The notes below the pieces were generated by a model that had not been told where the DNA came from, ran no database searches, and saw only the letters and a program-made list of their open reading frames with translations. From Thermoanaerobaculia bacterium (GTDB lineage Bacteria; Acidobacteriota; Thermoanaerobaculia; UBA5066): 64,000 bases of DNA. The stretch covers positions 738,425-802,424 of the forward strand of contig JBGASW010000003.1 of NCBI GenBank assembly GCA_044229475.1, in the 5' to 3' direction. This document shows, piece by piece, positions 33,501 through 43,112 of the stretch. Position numbers and translations under genes: made by a program. Positions within the stretch are counted from its first letter, which is position 1. Each line of letters opens with the position of its first letter.

Positions 33501-35782
33501 TAGACGGTCTGTCCCGTGCAGCCGTTCGCGTCCGTCGCCGTCACCGTGACGGGGAACGTGCCCGGCTGGGTCGGCGTGCCGGAGAGGACGCCGGCCGCGT
33601 ACGTCATGCCCGGAGGCAGGGCGCCGACCTCGGCGAGCGCGTAGGGCGCAGTGCCGCCCGACGCCGTGAACGTGATGGGACCGTACGGGGAGCCGACCGG
33701 CCCGGCCGCGAGCGACGGGGGCGCGACGGTGATCGTCACGCCGTTGCACGTGATCGTGACGACGTAGTCCTGGCTGCCCGCGCAGCCGCCCGCGTCGGTC
33801 GCCGAGATCGTGATCGGGAACGAGCCCGTCTGCGTGGGCGTGCCCGAGAGCGTGTCCGTCGAGAACGTCATGCCCGAGGGCAGGGCTCCCGCCAGCTGGA
33901 AGGTGTAGGGGCCCGCTCCGCCCGACGCCGAGAAGACAGTGGCCGGGAAGGGCGCGTTCGCCGGGGCGGCCGCGAGGGAGCCCGGCGAGAGCGTGATCGG
34001 CGTGGACGGGCAGGACACGACGAGGAGGTAGTCGCGCGTCGCCGTGCAGCCGTTCGCGTCGGTGGCCGTGACGGTGAACGGGTACGAGCCCGTCAACGCC
34101 GTCGTGCCGGAAAGGACGCCGCCCGACGAGAGCCCGAGGCCCGCGGGGAGCGTGCCGGACGTGACGGCGTACGTCACGGCGCCGATGCCGCCCGACTGCG
34201 TCAGCGTGGCCGTGTACGCGACGCCCGACGTCGCCTGCGGAAGCGCGGCAGGCAGGATGGACCACGTCTGGCAGCCCACGACGAGCGTGTACGTGGCGCC
34301 GATTCCGGCGCAGCCGTTCGCGTCGGTGGCCGTGACGACGATCGGGAACGAGCCGGTCTGCGTCGGCGTGCCGGAGAGGACGCCGTTCGCGGCGAGCGTG
34401 AGGCCGGCCGGGAGCGTCGACGCCGTCGTGAAGGTCACGGTCCCGACGGTGTTCGAGGCCGTGAACGTCTGGCTGAACGGGGTGTTCGCGGTCGCCGTCG
34501 ACGTCGCGGGATTCGACACCGCGATCGTCTGGCAGTTGATCGTGAGGTTGTAGGTCGCTCCGGTCCCCGTGCAGAGGTTGCCGTCCGTGACCTTGACCAC
34601 GATCGGGAACGTGCCTTTCTGCGTGGGCGTGCCCGAGAGAACGCCGTTTGCCGCGAGCGCGAGGCCCGCCGGGAGGGTGCTCACGGTCGAGAACGTCGCC
34701 GAGCCGATCGCGCCGGCCTGCGTGAACGTCTGGCTGAACGCCGCGTTGACCGTGCCTGTCGTCGTCGCCGGATTCGTCACGGTGATCGTCTGGCAGTTGA
34801 TGACGAGGTGGTACGTCGCGCCCGCGCCCGTACAGCCGTTCGCGTCTGTGGCCGTGACGACGATGTCGAAGCCGCCGGCCTGTGTGGGCGTGCCCGAGAG
34901 AACGCCGCTGGCCGCGAGCGTCATCCCGATCGGGAGGGCGCTCCCCGTCGAGAACGTCACCGTCCCGACGCCGCCCGACTGGGTGAAGGTCTGGCTGAAG
35001 GGCGTGTTCGCCGTCCCGGTCGTGACGCCGGGGTTCGTCACGGTGATCGTCTGGCAGGCGATCACGAGCGTGTAAGTGGGCCCGGTGCCCGTGCAGCCGT
35101 TCTGGTCGGTGGCGGTCACGGTGATCGGGAAGGTGCCGGACTGCGTGGGCGTGCCCGAGAGCGTCCCGTTCGCGGCGAGCGTCAGGCCGGCCGGGAGCGG
35201 CGAGGACGTCGTGTAGGTCTTTGCGCCGACTCCGCCCGAGGACGTGAACGTCTGGCTGAACGGGGAGTTCACGGCGCCGGCCGCCGTGGCGGGGTTCGTG
35301 ACGAGGATCGGGCTCGTGCAGGCGAGGACGAAGTAGCCCTCGACGTCGAGGAGATAGTCCGCGCTGCCCGTGGACCCGTTCGCGAGCGCGACCGTTCCGG
35401 ACCCGTCCGACGCGAGCGCGACGAACGCGAAGCCGGCGCGAGTCTTGCGGGCGTTGAAGCCGAGGACCGTCGTCGGCGGCACGGGAGCGTCGCCCGCGAA
35501 CAGCTGGGCGTAGCCCACCGCCGCGGGGTTCACGACGGTGAGGTTGACGACGAGGCCGAGGGCGTTCGCGGGGACGCCGCACGTCCCGGCGATCGTGAAG
35601 ACCCGCACTTCGTTGGCGCCGAGCGCGGGGCCGCCGTTCGGGCCCGCGGGCCCTCGCGTGTCCACGGCCCGGCAGGCCGTGATCGGAACGAACGCCTGGG
35701 CCGCGGGTCCGACGCCGGCCGCGAGCGGATGCGCCAGGGCGAGAAGGGCGGCCGGAAAGAGAGCGAGCCCGCGACGGATCAT
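30530..35782 (-). CDS. 1750-aa secreted protein: N-terminal ~120-aa module, ten Ig-like (He_PIG/dystroglycan-type) repeats, C-terminal parallel beta-helix region
   Basis: GGAGG RBS and signal peptide MIRRGLALFPAALLALAHPLAAG. Repeats have LPAGLTLAANGVLSGTPTQ.G.FPI.VTATDANGC. The beta-helix-like part begins WYVDNATASGTNDGRSSTPLKTM and carries NN/TGN-type coil repeats. Confidence 0.9.
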   Translation of the reverse strand: MIRRGLALFPAALLALAHPLAAGVGPAAQAFVPITACRAVDTRGPAGPNGGPALGANEVRVFTIAGTCGVPANALGLVVNLTVVNPAAVGYAQLFAGDAPVPPTTVLGFNARKTRAGFAFVALASDGSGTVALANGSTGSADYLLDVEGYFVLACTSPILVTNPATAAGAVNSPFSQTFTSSGGVGAKTYTTSSPLPAGLTLAANGTLSGTPTQSGTFPITVTATDQNGCTGTGPTYTLVIACQTITVTNPGVTTGTANTPFSQTFTQSGGVGTVTFSTGSALPIGMTLAASGVLSGTPTQAGGFDIVVTATDANGCTGAGATYHLVINCQTITVTNPATTTGTVNAAFSQTFTQAGAIGSATFSTVSTLPAGLALAANGVLSGTPTQKGTFPIVVKVTDGNLCTGTGATYNLTINCQTIAVSNPATSTATANTPFSQTFTASNTVGTVTFTTASTLPAGLTLAANGVLSGTPTQTGSFPIVVTATDANGCAGIGATYTLVVGCQTWSILPAALPQATSGVAYTATLTQSGGIGAVTYAVTSGTLPAGLGLSSGGVLSGTTALTGSYPFTVTATDANGCTATRDYLLVVSCPSTPITLSPGSLAAAPANAPFPATVFSASGGAGPYTFQLAGALPSGMTFSTDTLSGTPTQTGSFPITISATDAGGCAGSQDYVVTITCNGVTITVAPPSLAAGPVGSPYGPITFTASGGTAPYALAEVGALPPGMTYAAGVLSGTPTQPGTFPVTVTATDANGCTGQTVYSLVTTCPTIAVTNPSTTTGTAGVAFSQQFSQSGGSGTATFSTTSTLPTGLTLAADGTLSGTTSQAGTYPIVVKATDANGCTGTGATYTLVIDCQTITVTIPATTTGTEGNSFSQTFTASGILGTVTWSTASTLPAGVTLNPSTGVLSGTPTETGSFPIVVKATDTNGCFGTSATYTLVLTCPTITVSGTIPALAYNTAMSTATFSQSGTTSTITWSATGLPGGVAINSSTGAVTGTPTATGTFSATITATDAGGCTGSKSVTVTVAPTAPSQSYTGVGNTQVYVTGVAGAPATPAVASGTALLNGVQPLGATWVSAASCSSGGTIATFDLVGRFIFTPDVAATSATCTYTVSSNTAGTPTPTTATASLTFTLSGMVWYVDNATASGTNDGRSSTPLKTMAAVGTASTGSGDFIYVAKGSGSTTGAYAMKTSQRLVGAGATLNVPTVSPILTVAGSAANTPTLSGTLTLASFVNVSGIDMATTTSRAITNFNGSSYATVTGVSVTARTITTTTGTAIDIQGTGNTGVMSFTSVSANGGTAGIVLSNFTGGSFTVTGAGGACGPADTTCSGGTIQNMTGGDDSSAVPVGSGVVLNNVASVSLTRLRIRSNSNYGLRGTSVAGFTMDTCFLDGTTGTNGATPYNDGAVSFDNLTGSATVSNSNIQGGFSNNFRLVNTSGTLNRITFSNVTFDVSGASPANDALTIESQGAAVVNVTVQNSFFKSAAGDLFQLNNIGTGADDLVFTGNTLTNGNSAIATGGGGVTIGSNGTGNITSNFSNNTLRDAVGHAILFFKSTGSATVTGTFDNNTIGVSGAANTGSAEGDGIKVQNAGQGTVKVTITNNQIRQYNVFGIELLTGGGASAMPGALNATITGNTIAQPGNTAGTIGLPKNGIHVNDGTVVGDTYQVCADIVSNSMTGSGADAVPPTGIVADFRLRQRQATTLRLPNYAGANNDNAAAVAFVSGNNGGASGLASNTVPTGGGFTGGAGSCP
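32702..35320 (-). repeat. ten tandem ~261-bp (86-88 aa) coding repeats inside the giant gene
   Basis: Counted directly from the translation (aa 155-1027). Each unit starts with Cys and has a second Cys in an (N/G)(G/L)C motif about 12 residues before its end. Confidence 0.9.
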
Positions 35783-35925
35783 TCGACCTCCGCTGCGCCG
35801 TTCACGCGGCGCGCTGATTCTTTGTACGAGCGCTCGGGTGAGCCCTCTCCGGGGTGTTGCGGCGGCGATCGTATCTCAAGTGGGGAAACCGCGCCGCCCG
35901 GAGCGGGAATGAGAGCCTGACGAAT

Positions 35926-36900
35926 TCAGGGCACGGGCGCCGGGCGCGGGATCGCGGCCTCGTGCCGGACCGCGCCGAGCCCGTTCACCGCCCTGACCTG
36001 GAGAGTCTCGCGGCTCGCCGCGAGCGCCAGGAACCCGCCGGTGGCCTCGGCCCAGACGGTCCTCGCGTCGGGAGAAACGCGCGTGGCCTCCGACCCGCCG
36101 CCGGAGGTCAGGAAGTGAATGCCGCCGGACTCGAGGTGCTGGAGTCCGTGCTCGTGGCCGTTCAGGTAAACGGCGACGTGAAAGCGCGCGAGGACCGGCA
36201 GGACGTCGCGGACGAGCTCGGCCGAGTCCCCGTGCGGCCCGCACGAATGGATCGGGTGGTGCCCGACGACGATCTTCCAGTCCGCGGTCGAGGCCGCGAG
36301 GCTGCCGGCGAGCCACCGGAGTTGCGCCGCCGACTCCTGCCCGGCGACCTTCGTGCGGGAGAGGAACGAACGATAGGTCGCGAGGAAGGGCGTCGTGTCC
36401 ATGACGAAGAACTCGACGCGGGTTCCGTCTCCGGCGGTCTCCTGCACGGTGAACGAGCGCGCCGGCATGCGCCAGCGGGGGCTCGACTTCGAGTATTCGA
36501 CCTGTGCCTCCACGTTTCCCCGGTAGTCGTGGTTGCCGAGCGCGACGATCCAGGGCAGCCGGAGGAGACTCGGCGCCGCGTAGACGTCTTCGAACGAGCC
36601 CTTCCAGGCCCGGTCCGTCACGGACGAAACCCCGTCTTCGTAGAAGTTGTCGCCTGTCGAGACGACGAATCGGATCGGGCGCTTTCCGGCCCATTCCGCC
36701 ATCGCGCCGGCGACCTGGCGCTGCACACGGTTGCCGCCGCGCCCCCAGTCGCCGAGGACGAGGAACTCGAGCGATCCGGCCGGCGGCTGCGGCAGCACGG
36801 CCGCGGCCGTCGGCGTCGTGCGCGCCGGCGGCGCGGGAGACGGCCCGCACGCGGCGACGGCGGCGGCGAGCAGGGCCGCCCCGGCGAGACGTCGAAGCAC
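35926..36900 (-). CDS. metallophosphoesterase, purple-acid-phosphatase (ACP5)-like lipoprotein
   Basis: Lipobox AAVAAC. GDWGRGG, STGDNFY, GNHDY and NGHEH motifs. Confidence 0.85.
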   Translation of the reverse strand: MLRRLAGAALLAAAVAACGPSPAPPARTTPTAAAVLPQPPAGSLEFLVLGDWGRGGNRVQRQVAGAMAEWAGKRPIRFVVSTGDNFYEDGVSSVTDRAWKGSFEDVYAAPSLLRLPWIVALGNHDYRGNVEAQVEYSKSSPRWRMPARSFTVQETAGDGTRVEFFVMDTTPFLATYRSFLSRTKVAGQESAAQLRWLAGSLAASTADWKIVVGHHPIHSCGPHGDSAELVRDVLPVLARFHVAVYLNGHEHGLQHLESGGIHFLTSGGGSEATRVSPDARTVWAEATGGFLALAASRETLQVRAVNGLGAVRHEAAIPRPAPVP

Positions 36901-36932
36901 GCTTCGATGCTAGCAGGGGCGGTTTCGCGGGC

Positions 36933-37418
36933 TCAGTGGACGGTCAGCACCGGGCACGGCGCCGTCGCGATGACCTGGCTCGCGACGCTGCCCATGACGA
37001 GCTTCTTGATGCCCGTCCTGCCGTGCGTTCCGATGACGATCATCGCCGCTCCGTTGCGGTCCGCGAGCAGGCCGAGCTCCTTGGCCGTATGGCCGGCGAG
37101 GATCTCGCCGCGCACCTTGACGCCGGCCGCACGAACCTCCGCGAGCACGGGCGCGAGCTGTTTCTCGACGTCCTTGCGAATCGTCGCCTCGAGCTCGGCC
37201 TCGATGAGGTCGTCCGCGACGCCGGAATGGCTCAGGCTCGCGGGCGGCTCGTAGACGTGCGCGACGATCAGCTCGGCGCCTTCCTTGCGGGCCAGCTCGA
37301 TCGCCTTCCCGAGGGCGCCCTTGGACGCCGGCGAGAAGTCCGTCGCGAACACGATCGGCTGCAGGGTCACCGCCTTCGCGGGCGGGGCTTGGGTCGGACT
37401 CATTTGCGGCGTTGCCAT
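36933..37418 (-). CDS. universal stress protein (UspA family)
   Basis: ATG 37418 follows GGGAGGTG. VIGTHGRTGIKKLVMGSVASQVI ATP-binding motif. Confidence 0.8.
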   Translation of the reverse strand: MATPQMSPTQAPPAKAVTLQPIVFATDFSPASKGALGKAIELARKEGAELIVAHVYEPPASLSHSGVADDLIEAELEATIRKDVEKQLAPVLAEVRAAGVKVRGEILAGHTAKELGLLADRNGAAMIVIGTHGRTGIKKLVMGSVASQVIATAPCPVLTVH

Positions 37419-37513
37419 CGCGCCACCTCCCATGCCCTCATCAACGCGATAGGGCGCGGAGCACGGCCCGGCCATGAGGCATTTGAATCAGGATCCGTGT
37501 CTTCGCGGGAGAT

Positions 37514-39205
<1,692 letters not shown>

Positions 39206-39206
39206 G

Positions 39207-40091
39207 CTAGACCTCCGTCGTGGCCAGAAGGTTGACGATCCGGCTTTCGTCACGCTGCTTTTCTTTGAAGGTGAATACGGAGGAGGCGGATGGGCCAGGC
39301 CCGATCTCGCGAGCGGCGCCCGCGCCAGCGCCCATTTTCATTCTCAGAAGTATCTCTTCTACTCTTCTCGCGTCTTCCTCGGTATCGACACCGATCGAGT
39401 CGCTCGTCGCGTCGAGGACCGCCATCGCCATCCCCGCCGCGAGCGCGCGGAGCTGCTCGAGGCTCTCGGCCCGCTCGAGCGCGTGGGGCGGCAGGCCGGT
39501 CCAGCGCCGGAGCGCGTCCTTGCGGTACCCGTAGAGCCCGAGGTGCTTGAGGGTTTTCAGGCCGGGCTCGGGCCGCCGGCGGTACGGGAGGGGCGAGCGG
39601 GAGAAGTAGAGCGCGCGGCCGTCGTCGGCGCGCACGACCTTCACGTTGTTCGGGTTCGCGATCTCGGTGGGGTCGTCGATCGGAAGCGCGACCGTCGCGA
39701 GCGGGAACTCGGGGTGGTCGAGGAGGAAGCCCGCAACGCGGTCGACGTTTTCGGGATCCATCATCGGCTCGTCGCCCTGCACGTTCAGCACGACGGCGAC
39801 GTCCAGGTCCTTCACGGCCGCCCAGACGCGATCCGTTCCCGAGGGGAGCGCGGGATCGGTCATGACCGCCCGGCCGCCCGCCGCCTCCACGGTCCGTGCA
39901 ATCCGCTCGTCGTCCGTCGCGACGAGGACGAGGTCTATGCGGCGGGCCTTCTGCGCCTGTTCGAGCACGCGGACGACCATCGGGACGCCGGCGATCGGGT
40001 GCAGGGGTTTGCCTGGGAAACGCTCCGCCCCGTAGCGGGAGGGGATGACGGCGGCGGCGTTGAGGGGGGAGGAGGCCGCCGTCCGGTGCAC
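39207..40091 (-). CDS. kdsB: 3-deoxy-manno-octulosonate cytidylyltransferase (CMP-KDO synthetase) with ~40-aa C-terminal extension
   Basis: [40 protein letters not shown], then an extra tail [45 protein letters not shown]. Confidence 0.9.
   Translation of the reverse strand: MHRTAASSPLNAAAVIPSRYGAERFPGKPLHPIAGVPMVVRVLEQAQKARRIDLVLVATDDERIARTVEAAGGRAVMTDPALPSGTDRVWAAVKDLDVAVVLNVQGDEPMMDPENVDRVAGFLLDHPEFPLATVALPIDDPTEIANPNNVKVVRADDGRALYFSRSPLPYRRRPEPGLKTLKHLGLYGYRKDALRRWTGLPPHALERAESLEQLRALAAGMAMAVLDATSDSIGVDTEEDARRVEEILLRMKMGAGAGAAREIGPGPSASSVFTFKEKQRDESRIVNLLATTEV
39258..39369. repeat. palindromic low-GC element, copy H (inside the kdsB 3' end)
   Basis: Left arm CTTTTCTTTGAAGGTGAATACGG, GC-rich core, right arm CATTCTCAGAAGTATCTCTTCTACTCTTCTC. 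Arms match copies A-C. Confidence 0.6.
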
Positions 40092-40212
40092 GTTCGATCC
40101 TAACTCGGCGTGCGCGAGCCCGTCAACGAACTCCAGCCCCGAAACGGGAAGTCGTCACCGGCCCGGAGGGTCGATGACGACGCGAGGGAGAAAAACGGGA
40201 TTCGGGGGGCTT

Positions 40213-40647
40213 CTATCCGGCCGCGTTGGCTCGGCCGGCGGTGTGCGGGGTTTCCTCGCCCTCGTCCTCGACGAGGTCGTGAAGGGGGAGCGCCGACGTG
40301 TCGACGGCGCCGGACAGCTCCTGGATTCCCTCGCGAGCCGCGACGGAGTAGGAGTTGGAATCGTCGTAACCGGAGGCCGCGATGACCTTCTCGTACGTGA
40401 GGAGTGCCTTCGTGGGCTCCTTCAGTGCGTAGTGGTACGTGTGGGCCACGGTCATCCGGGCCTGCAGATCGTAGGGATTGAGCCGGAGGATCTTCGCGAG
40501 GAAGACGAGCGCGTCCGAGTAGCGCTCCTCCTCGAGGGCGACTTCCGCCCGGTGGCGGTAGAGCGCCACTTCCTCTTCGAGAGTGAAGTCCTCGCGTCCC
40601 GAAGCGCCGAACGGCGCGCGGAACGAACGGAACAGCTTTTCGATCAT
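40213..40647 (-). CDS. small TPR-like hypothetical protein
   Basis: ATG 40647 after AGGAG. One or two TPR-like helices (YSDALVFLAKILRLNPYDLQARMTVAHTYH). Acidic C-terminus. Confidence 0.5.
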   Translation of the reverse strand: MIEKLFRSFRAPFGASGREDFTLEEEVALYRHRAEVALEEERYSDALVFLAKILRLNPYDLQARMTVAHTYHYALKEPTKALLTYEKVIAASGYDDSNSYSVAAREGIQELSGAVDTSALPLHDLVEDEGEETPHTAGRANAAG

Positions 40648-40740
40648 GAGTTCTCCTGATCGTCCCCGAAGCTGTGGGGTGCTTTGCTCATACCCACGAT
40701 AGGTTGTGGTTAAGGTACGACTGTCGAGAACCGAAATCAA

Positions 40741-40878
40741 GAGAAGAACCAGAAAAAAGAAGGAAATTCTTAGAAGGTGCCTTCTTTATTTCGGCTACGG
40801 CGCGCACATGAGGCGAAGACACCGCATGCATTAGGCAGATTTCGCATCTGCCCTATTATCATTCGAAGAAACTATCTT
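40741..40878. repeat. palindromic low-GC element, copy E (AT-rich intergenic island)
   Basis: AG-rich flank, left arm GAAATTCTTAGAAGGTGCC, about 75-nt core, right arm TATCATTCGAAGAAACTATCTT. Confidence 0.6.
40751..40792 (-). terminator. possible intrinsic terminator downstream of the polyprenyl synthase gene
   Basis: On the minus strand GAAATAAAGAAGG-ca-CCTTCTAAGAATTTC (imperfect stem) is followed by CTTCTTTTTTCT. Confidence 0.35.
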
Positions 40879-40890
40879 ATTTATTTTTAA

Positions 40891-41949
40891 TTACTTACGT
40901 CGGTTCGCGGCGTATTCCGCGGCGAGGAGGAAGCCCTCGCGCGAGGCCGTCTCGGGGAAAGAAGCCGCGATCTCGCGGGCCCGTTCGGCGTGGGCTTCGG
41001 CCATCCCGTGCGCGCGGTCGAGCGCGCCGAGGCGGTGGACGATTTCGAGGATCTGCCCGGGCCGCACGGAGTCGAAGCCCTCTTCCTTCACGACCGTCTC
41101 GATGAGCTTCCGTTCGGCGCGCGTCGCCTGCGGAAGACAGAGGATGAGCGGAAGCGTGAGCTTCCCTTCCTTGAGGTCCGACAGGACCGGCTTGCCGAGG
41201 TCGGCCTCGTTCGCCGTGTAATCGAGCAGGTCGTCCTGCAGCTGGAACGCGATCCCGAGCGAGAGGCCGTAGTCCCAGAGGCGCTCCCCCCACGTGTCGC
41301 TGCCGATTCCGAAGGCGTCCGGGACGAGGTACGACGGGATCTTGCAGGCGCCCGCGAAGAGCAGGGCGGTCTTCCGCCGCACGATGTCGAGGTAGCCCTC
41401 GAGCGTGAGGTCGAGCAGCCCGCGCCGCTCGGCGCCGATGATCTCGCCCTCCGTCATGCGCAGCGTGACGTCCGAGAGGACCCTGAGGACGCGCAGATCG
41501 CCCTCTTCGAGCGCGATCTCCATGGATTTCATGTAGAGGAAGTCGCCGAACAGGACGGTCAGCTCGTTGCCCCAGCGGCGGTTCACGCTGGTCCGCCCGC
41601 GGCGGGTCTCGGCGTCGTCGATGATGTCGTCGTGGACGAGCGTCGCCGTGTGAATGAACTCGATCATGGCGCCGTAGCGCACGTCGCGGTCGCCTTCGTA
41701 CCCGAGCATGTGCGCGCCCAGGAGAAGCAGCGCCGGCCGGATGCGCTTGCCGCCGCCCTCGACGAGGTAATCGCCGATCAGGGCGATCGTCGGGATCCCG
41801 GAGCGCGTCCGGTCGATGAGGACGGTCTCGACCTCCTTGAGCTTCGCCTCGATGGGGGCGAGGGCCCGGAGGAGGCGGCGGCCGTTCTCGCGCTCCTCGG
41901 CCGGGAGCGTCGCGACGAGAAGGCGGTCCTTGAGGGAGGTCTGGCTCAT
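40891..41949 (-). CDS. polyprenyl diphosphate synthase (IspB/octaprenyl-type)
   Basis: FARM LVHDDIIDDAETRRG and SARM FQLQDDLLD. Confidence 0.9.
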   Translation of the reverse strand: MSQTSLKDRLLVATLPAEERENGRRLLRALAPIEAKLKEVETVLIDRTRSGIPTIALIGDYLVEGGGKRIRPALLLLGAHMLGYEGDRDVRYGAMIEFIHTATLVHDDIIDDAETRRGRTSVNRRWGNELTVLFGDFLYMKSMEIALEEGDLRVLRVLSDVTLRMTEGEIIGAERRGLLDLTLEGYLDIVRRKTALLFAGACKIPSYLVPDAFGIGSDTWGERLWDYGLSLGIAFQLQDDLLDYTANEADLGKPVLSDLKEGKLTLPLILCLPQATRAERKLIETVVKEEGFDSVRPGQILEIVHRLGALDRAHGMAEAHAERAREIAASFPETASREGFLLAAEYAANRRK

Positions 41950-42013
41950 ACGCGCGGGCGCATCTTACCGCCCCTTTCGACCGGTTTACGCCCGGCGGAG
42001 GGAGCAGGATGCT

Positions 42014-42505
42014 CTAGCCGCGGAAATTCGTGAACTGGAGCGGGATGCCGAAGTCCGCGGCGCGGAGAAGGGCGATCACGGCCTGCAGGTCGTCCTTCTT
42101 CTTGCCCGAAACCCGCAGCTGCTCGCCCTGGATGGCGACCTGGACCTTCAGCTTTGCGTCCTTGATCGCCTTGACGATCTCCTTGGCCTTCTCGGTCGCG
42201 ATGCCCTGCTGGATCGTGACGACCTGGCGCACGGTGCCCTTCGCGGCCGGCTCGATCTTTCCGTACTCGAGGGCCTTCAGGGAGACGCCGCGCTTGACGA
42301 GCTTCGTCTGGAGGATGTCGTTCACGGCCTTGAGGGCGAAGTCGGTGTCGGCGGTGAGCGTGAGCTCGCGTTCCTTCTGCTCGATGGCCGCGGACGAGCC
42401 CTTGAGGTCGTAGCGCTGGGCGACCTCTTTCTGGGCCTGCGCGACGGCGTTCTGGGCCTCGGGGAGGTTCACTTCGGAGACGACGTCGAACGTGGGGTCG
42501 GCCAT
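42014..42505 (-). CDS. YajQ-family nucleotide-binding protein (UPF0234)
   Basis: FDVVSEVNLPEAQNAV...RYDLKGS...LKVQVAIQGEQLRVSGKKKDDLQ pattern over 163 aa. Confidence 0.9.
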   Translation of the reverse strand: MADPTFDVVSEVNLPEAQNAVAQAQKEVAQRYDLKGSSAAIEQKERELTLTADTDFALKAVNDILQTKLVKRGVSLKALEYGKIEPAAKGTVRQVVTIQQGIATEKAKEIVKAIKDAKLKVQVAIQGEQLRVSGKKKDDLQAVIALLRAADFGIPLQFTNFRG

Positions 42506-42509
42506 GGGA

Positions 42510-43112
42510 TCACTCCGTGAGGATCTTCGTTCCCTCCGGCGCGGAGAGGGCGAAGTCCGAGTCGGGGCGCTTGGCCCCGGGGATTTTCTGCATGAACGTG
42601 AACGTCGTTCGGTTGCCGGCGTTGTCCACGAGGACGAGGCGCTTGACCTCCCCGGACGCGGCAGCCGCGAGAAGGGACACGGACCTCAGGCCGCCGGGCT
42701 TCTTCGGGCTGAGCACGATCTCGACGAGGCCGTTTTCCGCGGGGGTCTCGGCGGCGTCGTAGCGCGCGAGGAGCGCCTCGGTGGATTCGAGGAACACGAT
42801 GGGGAGCCGCTCGCGGTCGGCCGGAGCGAGCTTCCGGACGACGAGCTGCCTGTCGGCCGCGACGTACTGGCGCCCGGCCGTCCCGTCGAACGTGAAGACC
42901 TTGCCCTCCGGACCGTCGTAGTCGAAGCGCACGCGGTCGGGCGCCTGCAGGACGAGCTTTCCGGTTTCGGGCGCGGTCTCGGCGAAGCCGGCGGGGGCGT
43001 ACGTCTGGACGAACGTGCAGGCCACGGAACCTGGCGTCGCGTACGCGGCGCGGATCTTCGAGAGGGTGCCGGCCGGCGCGAGGAGAAGCAGGGCGAGCAG
43101 CGCGGGGTACAT
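42510..43112 (-). CDS. LolA-like outer-membrane lipoprotein carrier
   Basis: Signal peptide MYPALLALLLLAPAG. FVQTY...GKLVLQAPDRVRFDYDGPEGKVFTFDG...YVAADRQLVVRKL pattern. Confidence 0.7.
   Translation of the reverse strand: MYPALLALLLLAPAGTLSKIRAAYATPGSVACTFVQTYAPAGFAETAPETGKLVLQAPDRVRFDYDGPEGKVFTFDGTAGRQYVAADRQLVVRKLAPADRERLPIVFLESTEALLARYDAAETPAENGLVEIVLSPKKPGGLRSVSLLAAAASGEVKRLVLVDNAGNRTTFTFMQKIPGAKRPDSDFALSAPEGTKILTE

Noticed and set aside
30492-35920. Two alternative giant ORFs over the same DNA: 30492-35582 on the minus strand (1696 aa) and 30518-35920 on the plus strand (1800 aa).
   Set aside because: Their translations are Arg/Gly/Asp/His-rich with no signal peptide, repeat logic or motifs. 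The 30530-35782 frame has an RBS, a signal peptide and ten clean domain repeats. They are typical high-GC shadow ORFs.
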